The notes beneath the pieces were generated by a model. It worked only from the letters and a program-made list of their open reading frames with translations, searched no databases and was not told where the DNA came from. A stretch of 64,000 nucleotides of DNA from Oikopleura dioica (lineage: Eukaryota; Animalia; Chordata). Shown here piece by piece: positions 12,506 to 25,642 of the stretch (its first letter is position 1; each line of letters starts with the position of its first letter). The translations under genes were made by a program, and so were the position numbers. The stretch covers positions 7,192,001-7,256,000 of the forward strand of contig OU015569.1 of NCBI GenBank assembly GCA_907165135.1, given 5' to 3'.

Positions 12506-14759
12506 TTAGAAGTTTGTTTGTCGACTCTACAGTGTAGAGAGCTCTCTTTTGTTACTGGTTCAGGGGTGGACGAAAAAAAAGTCCAGTTCTCATCGGAAGA
12601 GAATTTCCCAGCTAGGTTTTTCTCTCAACTGGTTTTGTAATATCTGTCTAAGAGAAGAGATCTCCTCGTTTTGAGCGTCTAAACAGAGAGAGCGCTTTCA
12701 TCGCGCTTCACTCTTTGGCGCCGCGGAGGAACTAGGAATACGCGCCGCCCACGCCAATTCCATTGAACGACCGGACCAGGGAACCGCCGTTCACCCCGTA
12801 ATAACTATTGTAAATCACATAACACATTAGACAGCATTTTCACCAGATTTTTTTTCACCACACGGGAACGTTTATAAATGTAACAATAAGCAACAAAAAT
12901 GGCAAAATGGATTTTAATTGCTCTATTTATTTTAACCTGGCTCTCTTTCAACTTTTGCTCTAAAACTGTAACCTTTTTACAGTAAGTAGATTTTTTAAGT
13001 GCTTACAATCTCTTCAATATATATTTATGACACACAGGACTACATAAAAATCATAAATATCTTTGCTCCCACGTTGGGAATTTTATTTTTAAACGAATAA
13101 TTTAAGTATTACGAGTTTGATAAGTGTTAGAATCACCAAAGGTTATTTGGATACCTTGATGATGAGGTATAATTCCTTGTATCGTGAAAAAAAAAATCAT
13201 CAAAGATAACATGAAGAGGGTATATTTTAATAAACGGGAAATCTAATTTTATTTTCCAAGTGAAACTGATGTTTTTCGTGACAATAGGAGATTGATGATA
13301 CAAAAAACATTGCGAAATTGGGGTTACAAGGCAATAAATTTATTAGTTGACAGACCGAGTTGACGATATAAACATTATAGCAGAATTCTAGATTATTCAC
13401 CGTTATGAAAGACTTTGATATAAAAAGCCAATCGTTGAAATATTTAAAGGGTTATTATTAGAGTTAGGCAGCCAAATTTAGGCTATATGAGAGCCATTAT
13501 CATATAAATGTGAACTTTGTTGCCGAGGCAAATGTACAAAAAATGTTCAAGTTAGAAGTTTAAAATAGTTAATTTACTAGCGACTGCGTTTAATTAAAAC
13601 GATCTTGGACAGGTGAATCGGAAATATGCGAGTTTCGGAGGGCAAATTTTATATAATTGTTTTTGGTCAATATTGTTTTTTAATTACAATTGAACCTGGC
13701 GAGCGGCGGGGAGAGTTGTTGCGTGGGCTAGTTCAAGCGTAAAGTTCTGGCGAACGGAGGGTGGCGGAGAGCGTAGCTGCGGTGCGAAACGGCGGAGGTG
13801 GAGCCAGGCAGCGTAGGCTACCCCGATTCCGACTCCTGCGCGCGCAACCGATCCCACGGAACGACGCAAGAGTGAAAATGTTTACGCAACTGTTTATTAC
13901 ATAAAGAAAGATCGCACTTTTAAAGATAGAGCTCCCTGCTTTCGCTTCGCGGATTTCGTCTCGTCTCTTCGATACGCCCTTTGAGGTTGCCTTCACTTTA
14001 TAGAATCAGTGCATAAGCGAGGACGAGCTACTTCACAAATTTAAGAAAAAAAATTCGGTCCTTCTTTTGGAAGCTTCTTTCCTGTAGGAAGAAGCTATAT
14101 GGGAGGTCATTTGATCAGTTCTTCTTTTCTTAAAGTTTTTTTTATAAATATTATTGTTGAGACCTCCAAAAACATATTCTATCAGATAGAGTCTTTCTAA
14201 AACTTTTCCTTTTCTTTCACTTCGAGAGATCTCAATTTACCAAGAACATTTCCTAGATCTTGGTAAAACTATAAATGAGTTTGATTAGTACTTCAACAGT
14301 GGCTCATTTTTGTATATAATATATATATATAACCTACATAAAAGCTTCTTCGTTCTCTTATGATGCCAGCGGAGAGAGGCGAAAAGCACAAAACTGAACG
14401 TTAGATAAGCTGCGACTTCTTGAATTTGATAATTTGAAAGCGCACTTTCATACCGAGAAATATTAATTTCATTTGAAAACAAGAGCTGGCTCCGCAGATT
14501 ATCAGCAGTTCTCTTATGTACATTCCGTGGATGCAACTTTTGACACAAAGGGCTAAGTCTGCTAACGACAGCTCAACCTTCTCTTTTGCAACTAGATAAG
14601 GAATATCTTCAAGTGAATAGTTTCCATTGAAATACTGTAATTGATTGACCGCTCATACGCATTAGCAATTCAATTTAATTCCACTCAAAAAAAAAAGAGT
14701 TATAGCAAATAACATCATTAAATAATCATTTATTCATTTTGAATGTTTATTCGATACTA

Positions 14760-17700
14760 TCTAAAGACGTGAGCATTTTTTTGACTTTCTGTCTCTCCCT
14801 AATGTCCAGTGATTTCGACTCGTCTGATTCCCGAATCCATTTTGCGACTGTAGACGCCTTGTTTCCAATCCAATCTAAATAATCATTATTATTTATTTCA
14901 TAATGGCTAATTCAATATTGCGCCAAAAATAAAAAAAAATCCCGAACCTTCCGGGGTCGCAAACTTCCGTCTCACTTGCGGTGAGATCTTTTCAATGAAT
15001 TCGCCCGACTCGATGATCTCCAACACTTTTTCCTCGCGGCTTCTTCTTGGTAAAACCTCCGTCGTCAGCTCTTCTACTTTCTTGACTTCATCTGAGGGCG
15101 GTACAAGACTATTCTCCGATTGTCTCAAATCATTGTCTGGAGTGCCCGGTTTAATCTCGATTTCAGGCAAAATTCTTCTTTTTCAGGGAATAAAAAAGAG
15201 GAGTAAAAAATGAAACCATTTTTGCTTGAATAAAATTTTATCCTTTTCCTTCGAGATCTCGGAGTTGCCAGTGGACTTTCAGAAATTCCTTCTCGAGAAC
15301 AGTTTCGCCTTGGCAATTTTGGAGTACACGGCTAATAATATTCGTCTTTAATTCATTCTGGCTTTAAAGAATTTTTACATTTGATCGTTGTTTTCTATCT
15401 TCTTCCATTCTTCCTTTTACTCCTGCCAATTTCTCCAGCAGCGAATCACTAAACAAGAACTTTCCATCTCTTGCAGATGATTTTTCTTCCTACGCTGTGG
15501 AAGTTTTCATTTTCGAATCGTTTTCATCATTCTGCTTTCCGAAGAATTTCTCTTTAAAACCTTTCATTTCTTCTAATAGCGCCCGCCGGTCGAGTTGTCG
15601 ATCCTTACCCGTCAGTATCACAGAAGTCACTGTTAGAAGATCTTATTGAAAAGCAAATTTTACTTATTGAGAAGTAAATTTTTGGCTATTCTTTCCTGTG
15701 GAAGCTGACACCTTCGTGCTTAAAAAAGCTTAAGACCAAATAATTACTCTGCGCTAACTTTTTCCGATTTGACATATTGCGGCTTCTCTCTTTTCTAAGT
15801 TTTCTCTTGTGATGTTCTAGTCTATTTTTATAGAGTCGCAAAATTCTGCGCTCGTCTAAAAGGTGTAGATAATCATTAACGCTAAAACTTAGCAAACCCT
15901 AAAAGAGTTAAGAGGTGAGAAAATAAATTTTCTTTTTCTGTTGAAAGCCGCCTAGAAGGTCAAGGAGAATGCGACTGGTAGATAACCATATAATTGAGTT
16001 GAAGAGGAAGAATTCCATACTAAATGATGTTTTTATATTTACAAAGTGCCACAGAGTCCAATTTCAGATGGTTCAATAATGATATGGCATGAAATTAATC
16101 AATAGTGTTGAAGTCGTCGAGCTCAGCCGAGTTAGACACTGCTGTTGATTCGCTTCCCTCTCCTCGCCATCTAGTCGGTCTTCTACGATTCGCTGGTCCG
16201 GAGGGTCTTGAGATAGACGGCTTCGCAGTAACGTTAACAAGAGTCACCATGTTAATTTACCTGTGAAGATACTTGTGCCGCTGTCTGTGAGGTGGAAGTG
16301 GACTCGATCGGCTGTGTATCCGCTCGTCGGTATTTTCTATCTTTTGATGGAGGTCCGGCTGAAAGAATTCCTGCAACCATGCTCCTACGTTCGGCCAAAC
16401 TATCCGAAATCGAACTCTTTCCTAAAAAAGAGACACATTATATTCTGCGAAACTTACAGTTACTTACGATCATTGCTCTCAGCTTTGTTTCGCAAAAAAG
16501 TAGGGGCCATTTTTAAGCTCTGTGAGCGCGCAACAGAACCTTAAAATCTTTATTGATGAAATCGCAGAACACTAAGTTGTGTTTTTCCACAGAAATATAG
16601 ACAACCATCTATATTTTTTCTGCTGATAGAAAGGCATGAAAAATTGTCCGATTCAACAATTTTTTCACCTTTAACTTGAGCACCTGGGCTTCTCTGATTG
16701 ATAGCGTTCGCAGTTGCCGTCGCCGGCGAGTTCATCGGTCCGTTAGAATTTCGAAGGAGCTGAACTCGTGAATCCCGGCTCGATTCGAAGATTGAGATTC
16801 GGTCTCGAAGACTGTCCGCACGTTTGAGATTGTCTTTCTCAGTTTTCTCTGAAGCGAAGCACTTGATTGTGGTATAAAATTAAAAAATACCTCTTAGTTG
16901 ACGGAGTTGACGAGTTCGCTCAGCGACAGAACAATCAAATCCTCTCTGAATCTCTTGCTCCTGAGTTTGAGTTAGGTTCGGGGTGGATCCAGAGAAACGA
17001 CTAAGACGCTGGAGAGTGGACAGCTTCGAGCCGACAGACTGCTTGGGTTGCTGCTGCTGAGCACTTCGCCCTAAGTTTGCGGCCGATTCACCTGAAACAC
17101 GATCAATAGCCAGCCCTTTACCTTCATAAATATTTCATCCAGGCGGTAGGTTATAGTTACACTCTTACTCTTTGGTATGCCGTTGCTTTGGACGGGCTTA
17201 GGTTGCGTCGCAATGTTGTTGGCAGTGGCGGACTGTCCGTGGCTATTATTTTGTAATGTCGGATTAGACTGGCGTCTTGGCTGGGCTGTTTGAGTTCGAT
17301 TAGAGATTTGAGAGCCGACAAGATCACGCTCGATCAATCCAGGATTAGAATCTCGGGAAGTCTGCCGATGCTCGTTTTCCATAAGCTAGGCAAACTGTTA
17401 AGACTTGCTTTGCCCAGGTACACTCAATTTGATATCATGCTTAATTGCGAACGATATGAAGAACCATATCATATGATAGAAAGTGACTTTCAAATTGATT
17501 CGAATAAAGCCTGCAATTCAATCACGTCACCTGAACTTTTACTGGATTTATTGAACTAAATGTCAGGTTATCATCACGCAAAAAGTAAATTTTTGCGATG
17601 GTGAATGAATTACAGGTTAAATTCGCGCTAAAACGCTAGGGTCGGCGTATCTCCCACAAAATATACCTTTCGTTCGAACTGCTGCAAAACTTTGGGCTTG

Positions 17701-20700
17701 TCGAAGCCCATTAAATCTCCTCCTCTCGATCTAAAGTTTATTACTAACTGACTACTCTGATAACACTTACTTGCTGGCGAAGGCACGCATTTCAGATGCT
17801 GAAGTATCGGTCTTCGACCGTGCGTACTTCCGCGATCTTCTTGTTTTTGGAACGGGTTCTTCTTCATGTCCTCCGTCATCGGTTGTTTCTCCAGCATGAG
17901 CATTTCGTTTTGCCTATTATAATATGTTATGAGTTATGCCGTATTGCAGATCAAAATAAATTAATTGTCTCAAGGTCACAACTAACCATTGTCAATTATG
18001 ACAGTACCTCAAGCTGTTTAAATCTCTTCATTCGCATTTCTCTGCGTCGTCTTGCCTCGCCATCGTCCGAATCAAACGCGCGTTCATGTCCTTGTCGTGC
18101 CTCTAATTTAACAGAAGGCCCTTGCTTATTTTCGCCAAATCGCACTGAATCATTGGTCAATTCTTGTTTTTCGTTGACTTTTCTTGGTCCGACATTCTCT
18201 TTAAACTCTGTGATACTGTAAAGCCTCATCTGAGAGCAAAATGCGACGCTCTTAAATTCTGAAAAGTGAGCAGGAGAACTTTCTTTCCAGCTTTATTTAG
18301 CGACGCAGAAAAATTCAAGGACTATGAATATTTTAAAAGACACTTGGATCGCGCTAGGTGCACGCCACCAAAATAAGTGTGCTGGGGCAAGTGTCTTTGT
18401 AAGCACAGATCACACTAAGCTACTGAGTTAGAATGCAGCCAAGAAAAAATTGTCTTCCATGATTTCAAAAAATAAAAATGCTTTGCGAGTTAGACAATAG
18501 TACCGTTTTTGCTGTTATCGATTGGAGTTTTTGGAGTTGCAACTTGTTTAGGCGATGGATTGAAGCTTCCTTGCAGGGAAAGATTCGACATGTTTCGCAA
18601 ATTTTGCATTTGAATCGATTGTGTCTGCGGGGGAACAGTCGGCGAGGGAGCTTGCCCGTTGATTTGAGAAATAGGAGATGGCCCAAAAGCGGATGAAGTG
18701 CCATTTACAGCAAATCCAGAGGCAGTTGCTCCACTCTGACCCCATGGAATCGGGCCGTTTAGGCCAGGTACGTTCCTGGGCACAGTAAAATCAGAATTCA
18801 TCTTATTAGAATTACCTCGATGCGCTGAGTCCTCGCGATCCAAAAAGAAGAGACTAAGTTTGGCGATGAATAATTTTAAAAAGCACAATCAAAAATAGAA
18901 AAAAATGATTGATGAAGGCGTTAATGAAAAACATTACAAAGAAATGAGAAATGATGGAGAAATATGCGTATCAAAATATACCGATTTGTCAAAAGGTTTG
19001 ATCGTCAGTTCCTGGTGAAGTCCAGGCAAGACTTTGTTTTCATCGTCAGTTGTCAAGTCGGCGGCGTCAGAAAGAATATCTCGTGAGAACTCTTTAGATC
19101 GCTCGCGTCGAACCAAGTCAAACGAAGACTTTGGCCGAACCGAAGTCAACTCGTCCAAACGAGATGTGGAGCTTGAAATCTGACGTGACTAAAAAAGAAA
19201 TCGAGAGTTTATATAAATTAGCAGAAAATTAACTGGTGCAAAAATAAACACTACTGTGAATCAAGTGAGAGCGTAGCTAAATTGGTGCTTTTACCAGTTT
19301 ATTTGGGCGAATAATTTTTTGCGGATATTTGACGATTTTTTTGAAAATATTTTTCGTCTAAAAATAATCGAAAAAAATGAAATCTTAGATAAATATCGTA
19401 CCATTTGCAGCGTATTTTGCTGATCAGGATTTGTGGAGCAGAGCTGCCTTGAAACAGTTTCGATTTGTTCAAGAGCGTTGTCCAAGCGGGAATTCAACTC
19501 GGCCGAGTTTGACTTAGGAGTTGAGAGGAACTTTCCTTGGTTTAGCTGAAAGTAAATAAGTTTTCTGACGAAATTGCAGAAAATACGCCTGGTCTGGGAC
19601 GGTCTTAATCAGCCAAAGCGTCCCAAACCAGGATTATTTTCGCTCTCGCCTCTGGCGCCACTTTCATATTAAAAAGGACCCCCCAGGCGTGCGCCTTTGA
19701 TCTTTAAATGGCCCGACCGTCCCAAACCAGGGCGTATGATTGACAAGGAAAATCAGGTTTTGCTGTATAAGGAAGTGTAGTCACATGTATCAATAGCAGT
19801 CCTAATTTGCTATTGATAACTCAAACATCCTTTCGCCCAGTGTCCACTCAAAAATTAATTCTCCTAATTCAGGTTTCTTTTATAAATATGTGTCCGTATG
19901 TCTCTGCATTTAACGATATATTCAACTAAAATCTTACCAAGTGGATTTGCTGCAATAACTGATTCTTCTGCTCCTCGTAGTTGAGACGTTCTCGCTCTGC
20001 GGCCTTAGCCATTTGGCATTTCTCGTGACGCAGCTCCTGTACCTTCTTGTGAAGCATTGAAACTCTAAAAAGAAGAGATAATACCGATACACGATTGTTA
20101 TCGACTACCTCGAATCGACCGTTCCCCCGTCTTCTATCCACATTTTCTCTGTTCTCTGGAACTCGTATATCGTCTCATGCAATTGCTTCATTTCTGAACA
20201 AAATGATGAGCCTAAAAATTTAATTCCAAGGACAAACCAGCCATCCATAGTGTACGTTGCTGTATAAACTCTTTCTCCAGTTCATTTCGCTTCGCTTCTT
20301 CGCGCTTCAATTCTGCTCTTTCGAAGCGTTTTAGGCGCGTTTTAAGATAACATATTTCAATGCTAGCTGATAACTATTTTAAGGTCATTGTAGGTGTTTT
20401 ATAACGTTTCCTTAGCTGCTCTAAAATGCCACGAACGTTTCGCAGCACTTGCTGAGAGTTTTCGGTAGCTTTGCATCGCGCAAGAAGAATTTCTCGCTCA
20501 TGCTGCCATTCTCGCTTACGTTGAATATGTTTGCTACAGCAGGGCTCATCATCACTCTCCCAATTATCAATATTGGGTTTCTCACTTTCACAAAAATTCT
20601 CCTTTCCTAAAAGCAGGCCAATCGTATCGATCATTGGCTGGATATCATCAATTCGCTGTTTGTCAAGCACTTTGACATTCTCAGTCGATGGAAATTCCGG

Positions 20701-23700
20701 TATTGCAGGAAGTGGACGCGATATTTGGGGGAGAGACATCCGTCGCTGAGTTTCAAATATCTGAATCTGGCATAATGCAGTTTATCACATTTCCTCCACC
20801 TTTGCTTCCCCCTTTTCGAAAGCTCTGACTCGCTCCGCTGAAAGGGACCTGGAGCGAGGCCGTGACCGCGGTCTCGATTTCCGCCGTGGTTTCGGTTGCG
20901 GAAGAGAAGACGTCTCCGAGTTCGATTCCGACTGGGGCTCGGCATCTAATGAGCTTCAAATGAGTTCGAATTTGGAGGAAAACTCATCATCAACGTTCTG
21001 TTAACTGACAAATTTTGACACTAAGTACAGAACTTTTCCTTTTATCGACCGCCCGTTTCCTCAATCTCGATTGTCGACGTGTAGGAATTGGTGGAGGAAT
21101 CAGCACTTTGACGAGCACTTCTGCTTCATAAATATAAATGTCAGGGAAAAGGCGGAAATTCAAAGCTGCGGCAGTTTCCGTGTCTGTCTCAACGCTCTGG
21201 TTAAGTGCTTCCTCAGGACGCAACTTTAATGCACGCTGTTTTTTCTTTCGTCCTACATGGCTTTTAGTGTCCTCGGATGATCCAAGCTCGAACTTCTTGA
21301 TAGTGTCTTTCTACAGGATAACTATTATTTATAAACCCTTTCAATTTTTCCTCTTGAAGTATCCATTCCTTTTGCCGAAAGGCGTGGAGGCGTTGGCGAC
21401 CGATCTAAGTCATGCCTTGGAACAGGCGGAAGAGATTTCGAAGATCTTGAAGCAGGTTTTGATGATCGACTCCTACTGCTCTCTCGTTGTTGCGATCGCC
21501 CCTCCCTTTCTGTTTTCTCGGCTTGGTTTTCTTCATTGTCGAACCATTTAGTTCTTTCTTCCAGCAGCTGACAATCCTGTTCCCTTGCTAGAATTTTCAC
21601 TCTTTCTTTGCGCTCATGTTCTTTCTCTTCGCGCTGGCGGCGGACCCGCTCTCGAATAGCGCGAATGCTCTCTTCCGCAGCGTCAACAATTACTTCGTAT
21701 TCAGTCGCATACGCTTCTGAGCCGGTCTCGTCCCCACTCAACAGTCCAGCAGATATACGTGAACCTCCTGATTTCGTGCGGCGTCTTCTCGACGAAATAG
21801 GGCGATTTTGGGCCTCTAAAATTATCCATTAAAATGATCATTTCACCGAGTAAAAACCGGAAAGAAAAATTATGCGGCTAGATAACCGATTTGATGAAGC
21901 TGATAATTGACACGGACGTTGTAATGATGAAACAATCTGACTTTGAAAACTTTCCAAAATGTTACTTCTCGGAAACAACTAACGCCATTTCCAAATTGAA
22001 CTGCTCAACTCGATAACTGTCCGTTGATTAAAACGCAAATACGCAATTTATTCAAAACGGAGGCGCCAAATGCGTTGTTAGCGGTCGTTTAACGTTTGAG
22101 TGAGAAAAAATATCTAAGCGAAAAATGCTATACTTTGTTGGTAAGAAAATTCGATCACTCTAAGAAAAGTTAGAAATGTTTGCGAATAAAAGATATTTTC
22201 ACAAGAAGGTCAAGTTTTGGCAGAATTCAAGTTCTAATTGAATTTTTCCTCGCCACCATAAGTGTGGTCACTCAATGACAAAACAAGTCCACAGCGCGGC
22301 GGCTTCGGGGAAAATATCTACATCCGTCAACCACGAGGAGATGTTTTGGTCGGAATCATCATATAATGACAATTTAGAACTCCGCTTTTCGCTTATTAAA
22401 AACATAAATGCGCATCCGATTGACTTGCTAATAAGCATGGGCTTACCTGGCTCTGAGTTGTCTGTTCCGCTGAAAAAGTCTCTTATGCTGAACCTCTTCC
22501 GCTGAAGCCATTCCATACTCTAATTAGTATCCTGGCGATGAGTGTTGAACTTAAACTGATTTAAAAATATGTTTTCGACATTCGAAGTGAAAGATATTTA
22601 AGTGAGTGTGAGTGATGAGTCCTTGTCTTTTGAGCTGCTCATAGAGATTGGCGATCTCTCTCGCTGAGCGTTTGCGACTAGAAAAGGCTGAAAAAGGACA
22701 ACAGACGCTATCAGGAGCTAATCCATCGAGTGACCCAACCAGCTCATCGCTGATAAGACTTTTGTCCTTATTTGGTCATTTTTATAATTTTAAGCCTAAT
22801 GAACGTTCAGAGTTGATTGTCTGCGTGTTTCCTTTCTCATCCCTTCCTGGTCCTCTCGGTTGCCGAGTCGTTATTTGTCGCCACGCCAGAGTCTTCAGTC
22901 AAACGTTTTTGCGGATCAACATTTTTACTTTTATCCTGAAAAACTTCGCTGCCTGACCTGTTCATCAAATTTTTATGATCAAGGCAAGAGAGCCCAAGGT
23001 CAATATCTGCAGCGCTATTTATTGAACTTAGCGAATCGAACTTTCTTTCACTGGTTGAAATCCATTCCAAATTAATTTTATTTTGATTCATTTTTTTCAG
23101 CCAGTTTCTTGGCACTGAATTGAATCCCTGTTGGTTAATCACTGCTGGAAGACTTGTTGGTCGAGTAGCTCTTTTTGATGATAGCACTTTACTGCTAATC
23201 TTTGCAGAGTTTGAACACGCACGTATGCGACTGGGGTCTATTTTGTCCTTCGCAGACAAAAGGCTTCAAAATATATCTTTATAAAAAATATAAAAATAGT
23301 TAAAAGCCGTTTCAGGGACGTCTGGGGCGTGTTCAATTTTAGATCGTGCTGCTGGAGGATCATCTACTATCTCAACTTCCAAAGACTTGATTGAAATATT
23401 TTCATCATCAGAAGACGCGTTTTTCGATGCATCTAGTTCTGATATTTCCATGCTCAAGCTCGAAGTGATTGCAACATTGGACTTATTTTCAATCTTCAAC
23501 ATTTTCGATAGAAGGCTGGGGTACACAACAGCTGATGAACTCGGACTGCTCAAAGGAGACTTGAGTTTGTCTGTTGGTCCGAAAAATGGTGGGAGACTTG
23601 GAGTGGCCGGGGTGAAAGACTCATTCGAGTTTTCGGGGAGTGATTTCGATAAAGGAGACTGCGGGTTAGACGATTTTCCATCAGGTGTACAAGGAAGTTT

Positions 23701-24330
23701 CTTGCTTCCTGCTTTTGAGGCAGAGATCTTTCGTTTTCTCGTCGTCTCATCAATTATGTCATCGTTCTTTAAAGAAATCATTCGTTTGTGCTCAACTTTT
23801 GCCGACACACTTTCTTTCGCCGCGCATTTTAGATCTAAATCGCCATTCTCAGTGATCTCGTTGATTTTTGTTGGTATTGAAAGTCGCAAGTTTGTATCTT
23901 CCTTGCTTGTTTCTACGTCGTCGACGGCTGTTTTCTTTGACCTCTGAGACTTTCGCTTCTTGCTCAATCTGCGCTGGATAAAGCTCTCTTTTTTCTGTAG
24001 CAAGACATCTTCTTTTGATTCTTCTTCTTCGAAATCATCAGGTGGCTTCTGATATGGTTATATACGCATTACGGTTGCTAAATAACAATCATATCAATAA
24101 TGAGCAAATAACTTTTGTTTAACCATATTCTCTACTTTTTCTGGAGTCTGATAAGACTGGCCTGGGAGCCACGAACGGAAAGAGCTCAAGATGGACGAGA
24201 AGTTATTCTTGATGCTTGAACTGTCCACTCCTGAAGAGCCTTTTCTCTCACGTGTCATAATAATTTACTCTTCTCGATCGTATTTGGGAATAGAGAGGAT
24301 GCGCTGTTTTAGAGAAATCATCAAAATAAG
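14760..24330 (-). CDS. One or more long multi-exon genes encoding low-complexity/coiled-coil protein(s), unidentified
   Basis: More than 15 co-oriented minus-strand ORFs (e.g. 23266-24003, 21325-21741, 20374-20739, 19926-20141, 18490-18888, 14907-15170) rich in E/K/R/S/Q with heptad-like stretches, separated by short GT-AG gaps; gene boundaries not resolved. Confidence 0.55.
19584..19736. mobile_element. About 150-bp MITE, TA-flanked (Tc1/mariner-type)
   Basis: TACGCCTGGTCTGGGACGGTC ... GACCGTCCCAAACCAGGGCGTA terminal inverted repeats with TA at both ends; lies in an intron-sized gap between minus-strand exons. Confidence 0.75.
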
Positions 24331-25642
24331 ACAGTCATGCGTAAGATGTGACAAGTCCTTTCCAGGAAAATAATAAGTGCATGATCAGCGCAATCCATGA
24401 ACTTGAGCGTAACGGATTTCATCGCATCCGTAGCTGCAAAGAGATGCATTTGAATATTTTCTAAGTCTGTCGATTGATAATGAATTTGGAATAGGCCACA
24501 AACGACTGCCTCTCGACATTCGGTTATCGAACTCTGGCCGCAAACGGAAGGCTGTCGTCAGCAGAGGCCACTTTCACACCCGCGCACCCTCAAAAGAGGA
24601 TAATTATCAATTTCAAAGGGCGTAATTATGCATAATTTTATGAAAATCTGAACAATTGAATTAGTTTTTCCATTGACACGTTAGCAGTGTCGGTCCGTTT
24701 CTTTCCGGAAACAAGCGTCCTATTATATAGACCCGTCGTGGAAATGATTTTGGGAAATTTGATTATGAGAATTTTCTTAATTCGGAAATGTGAGCAGCAA
24801 ACGATTTGCGTAAGAAACCAGAAACATTTGTCGGACAACTTCTAAATGCGCCTCGTTCTCGGCGACGCTTTGAGCATATCGTGAACATAATTTGATTATC
24901 ACCTCATGACTTGGCCATGTTTTTACAAATGAAATTTCTTCTCATCAAAAGCGATTAGTCGCTAATTTGCCATGTCCAGAATGTAGGAGTCAATGTGCAA
25001 GACGAATCATACGTTTCTTTGTGTTAATGTGGCCCAAATTACATAAAGACACGACTGTCGATCGACCCTCAATCAAAGTTCATTAAAAACTAAATAGCTC
25101 AAGCATTCTAAGATTTTAAGACAGAAAGAACAAAATCAATTTAGCTGTCAGTATTCCATAGACTATGGACGGCCCATAATGATTTATGATAATTTATCAA
25201 TAAACGAAAGCTCTAGACATAAGTTTTATCAAAGTAAAATGTCTTTTCACCGATCGAAAAGCCGGCAGTCTGTTAGACTTAGTATTTAAATTATTATAAA
25301 GAAATTGTAATGTAAGACTTCCAGGAAGACTGACCGACTGTAAATGCAAATGGAACGTGCGCAACAAGGTCTAAAATGTCATGAAAAGCGTTAGACATTG
25401 AGATTTAGTGGGGTAGGCCATGGCCCGACCCGGATGTGGACATCAGTTCTATTCTAATCGTGACAGGGAATGATTTTGGACCGTCATCACGGCCCCGTCA
25501 ATTTAAATATTGAGTGAACCGCCTTTTGCAATAAACCTTAACTTTATCAGGCCATCACTCTGTTCCTCAACAACTGAACAAATCGAGAAGTTAAGCAGAC
25601 GTCATCGGAAAAATCAGCCGACAAAGATTCCTTTGCCATAGA

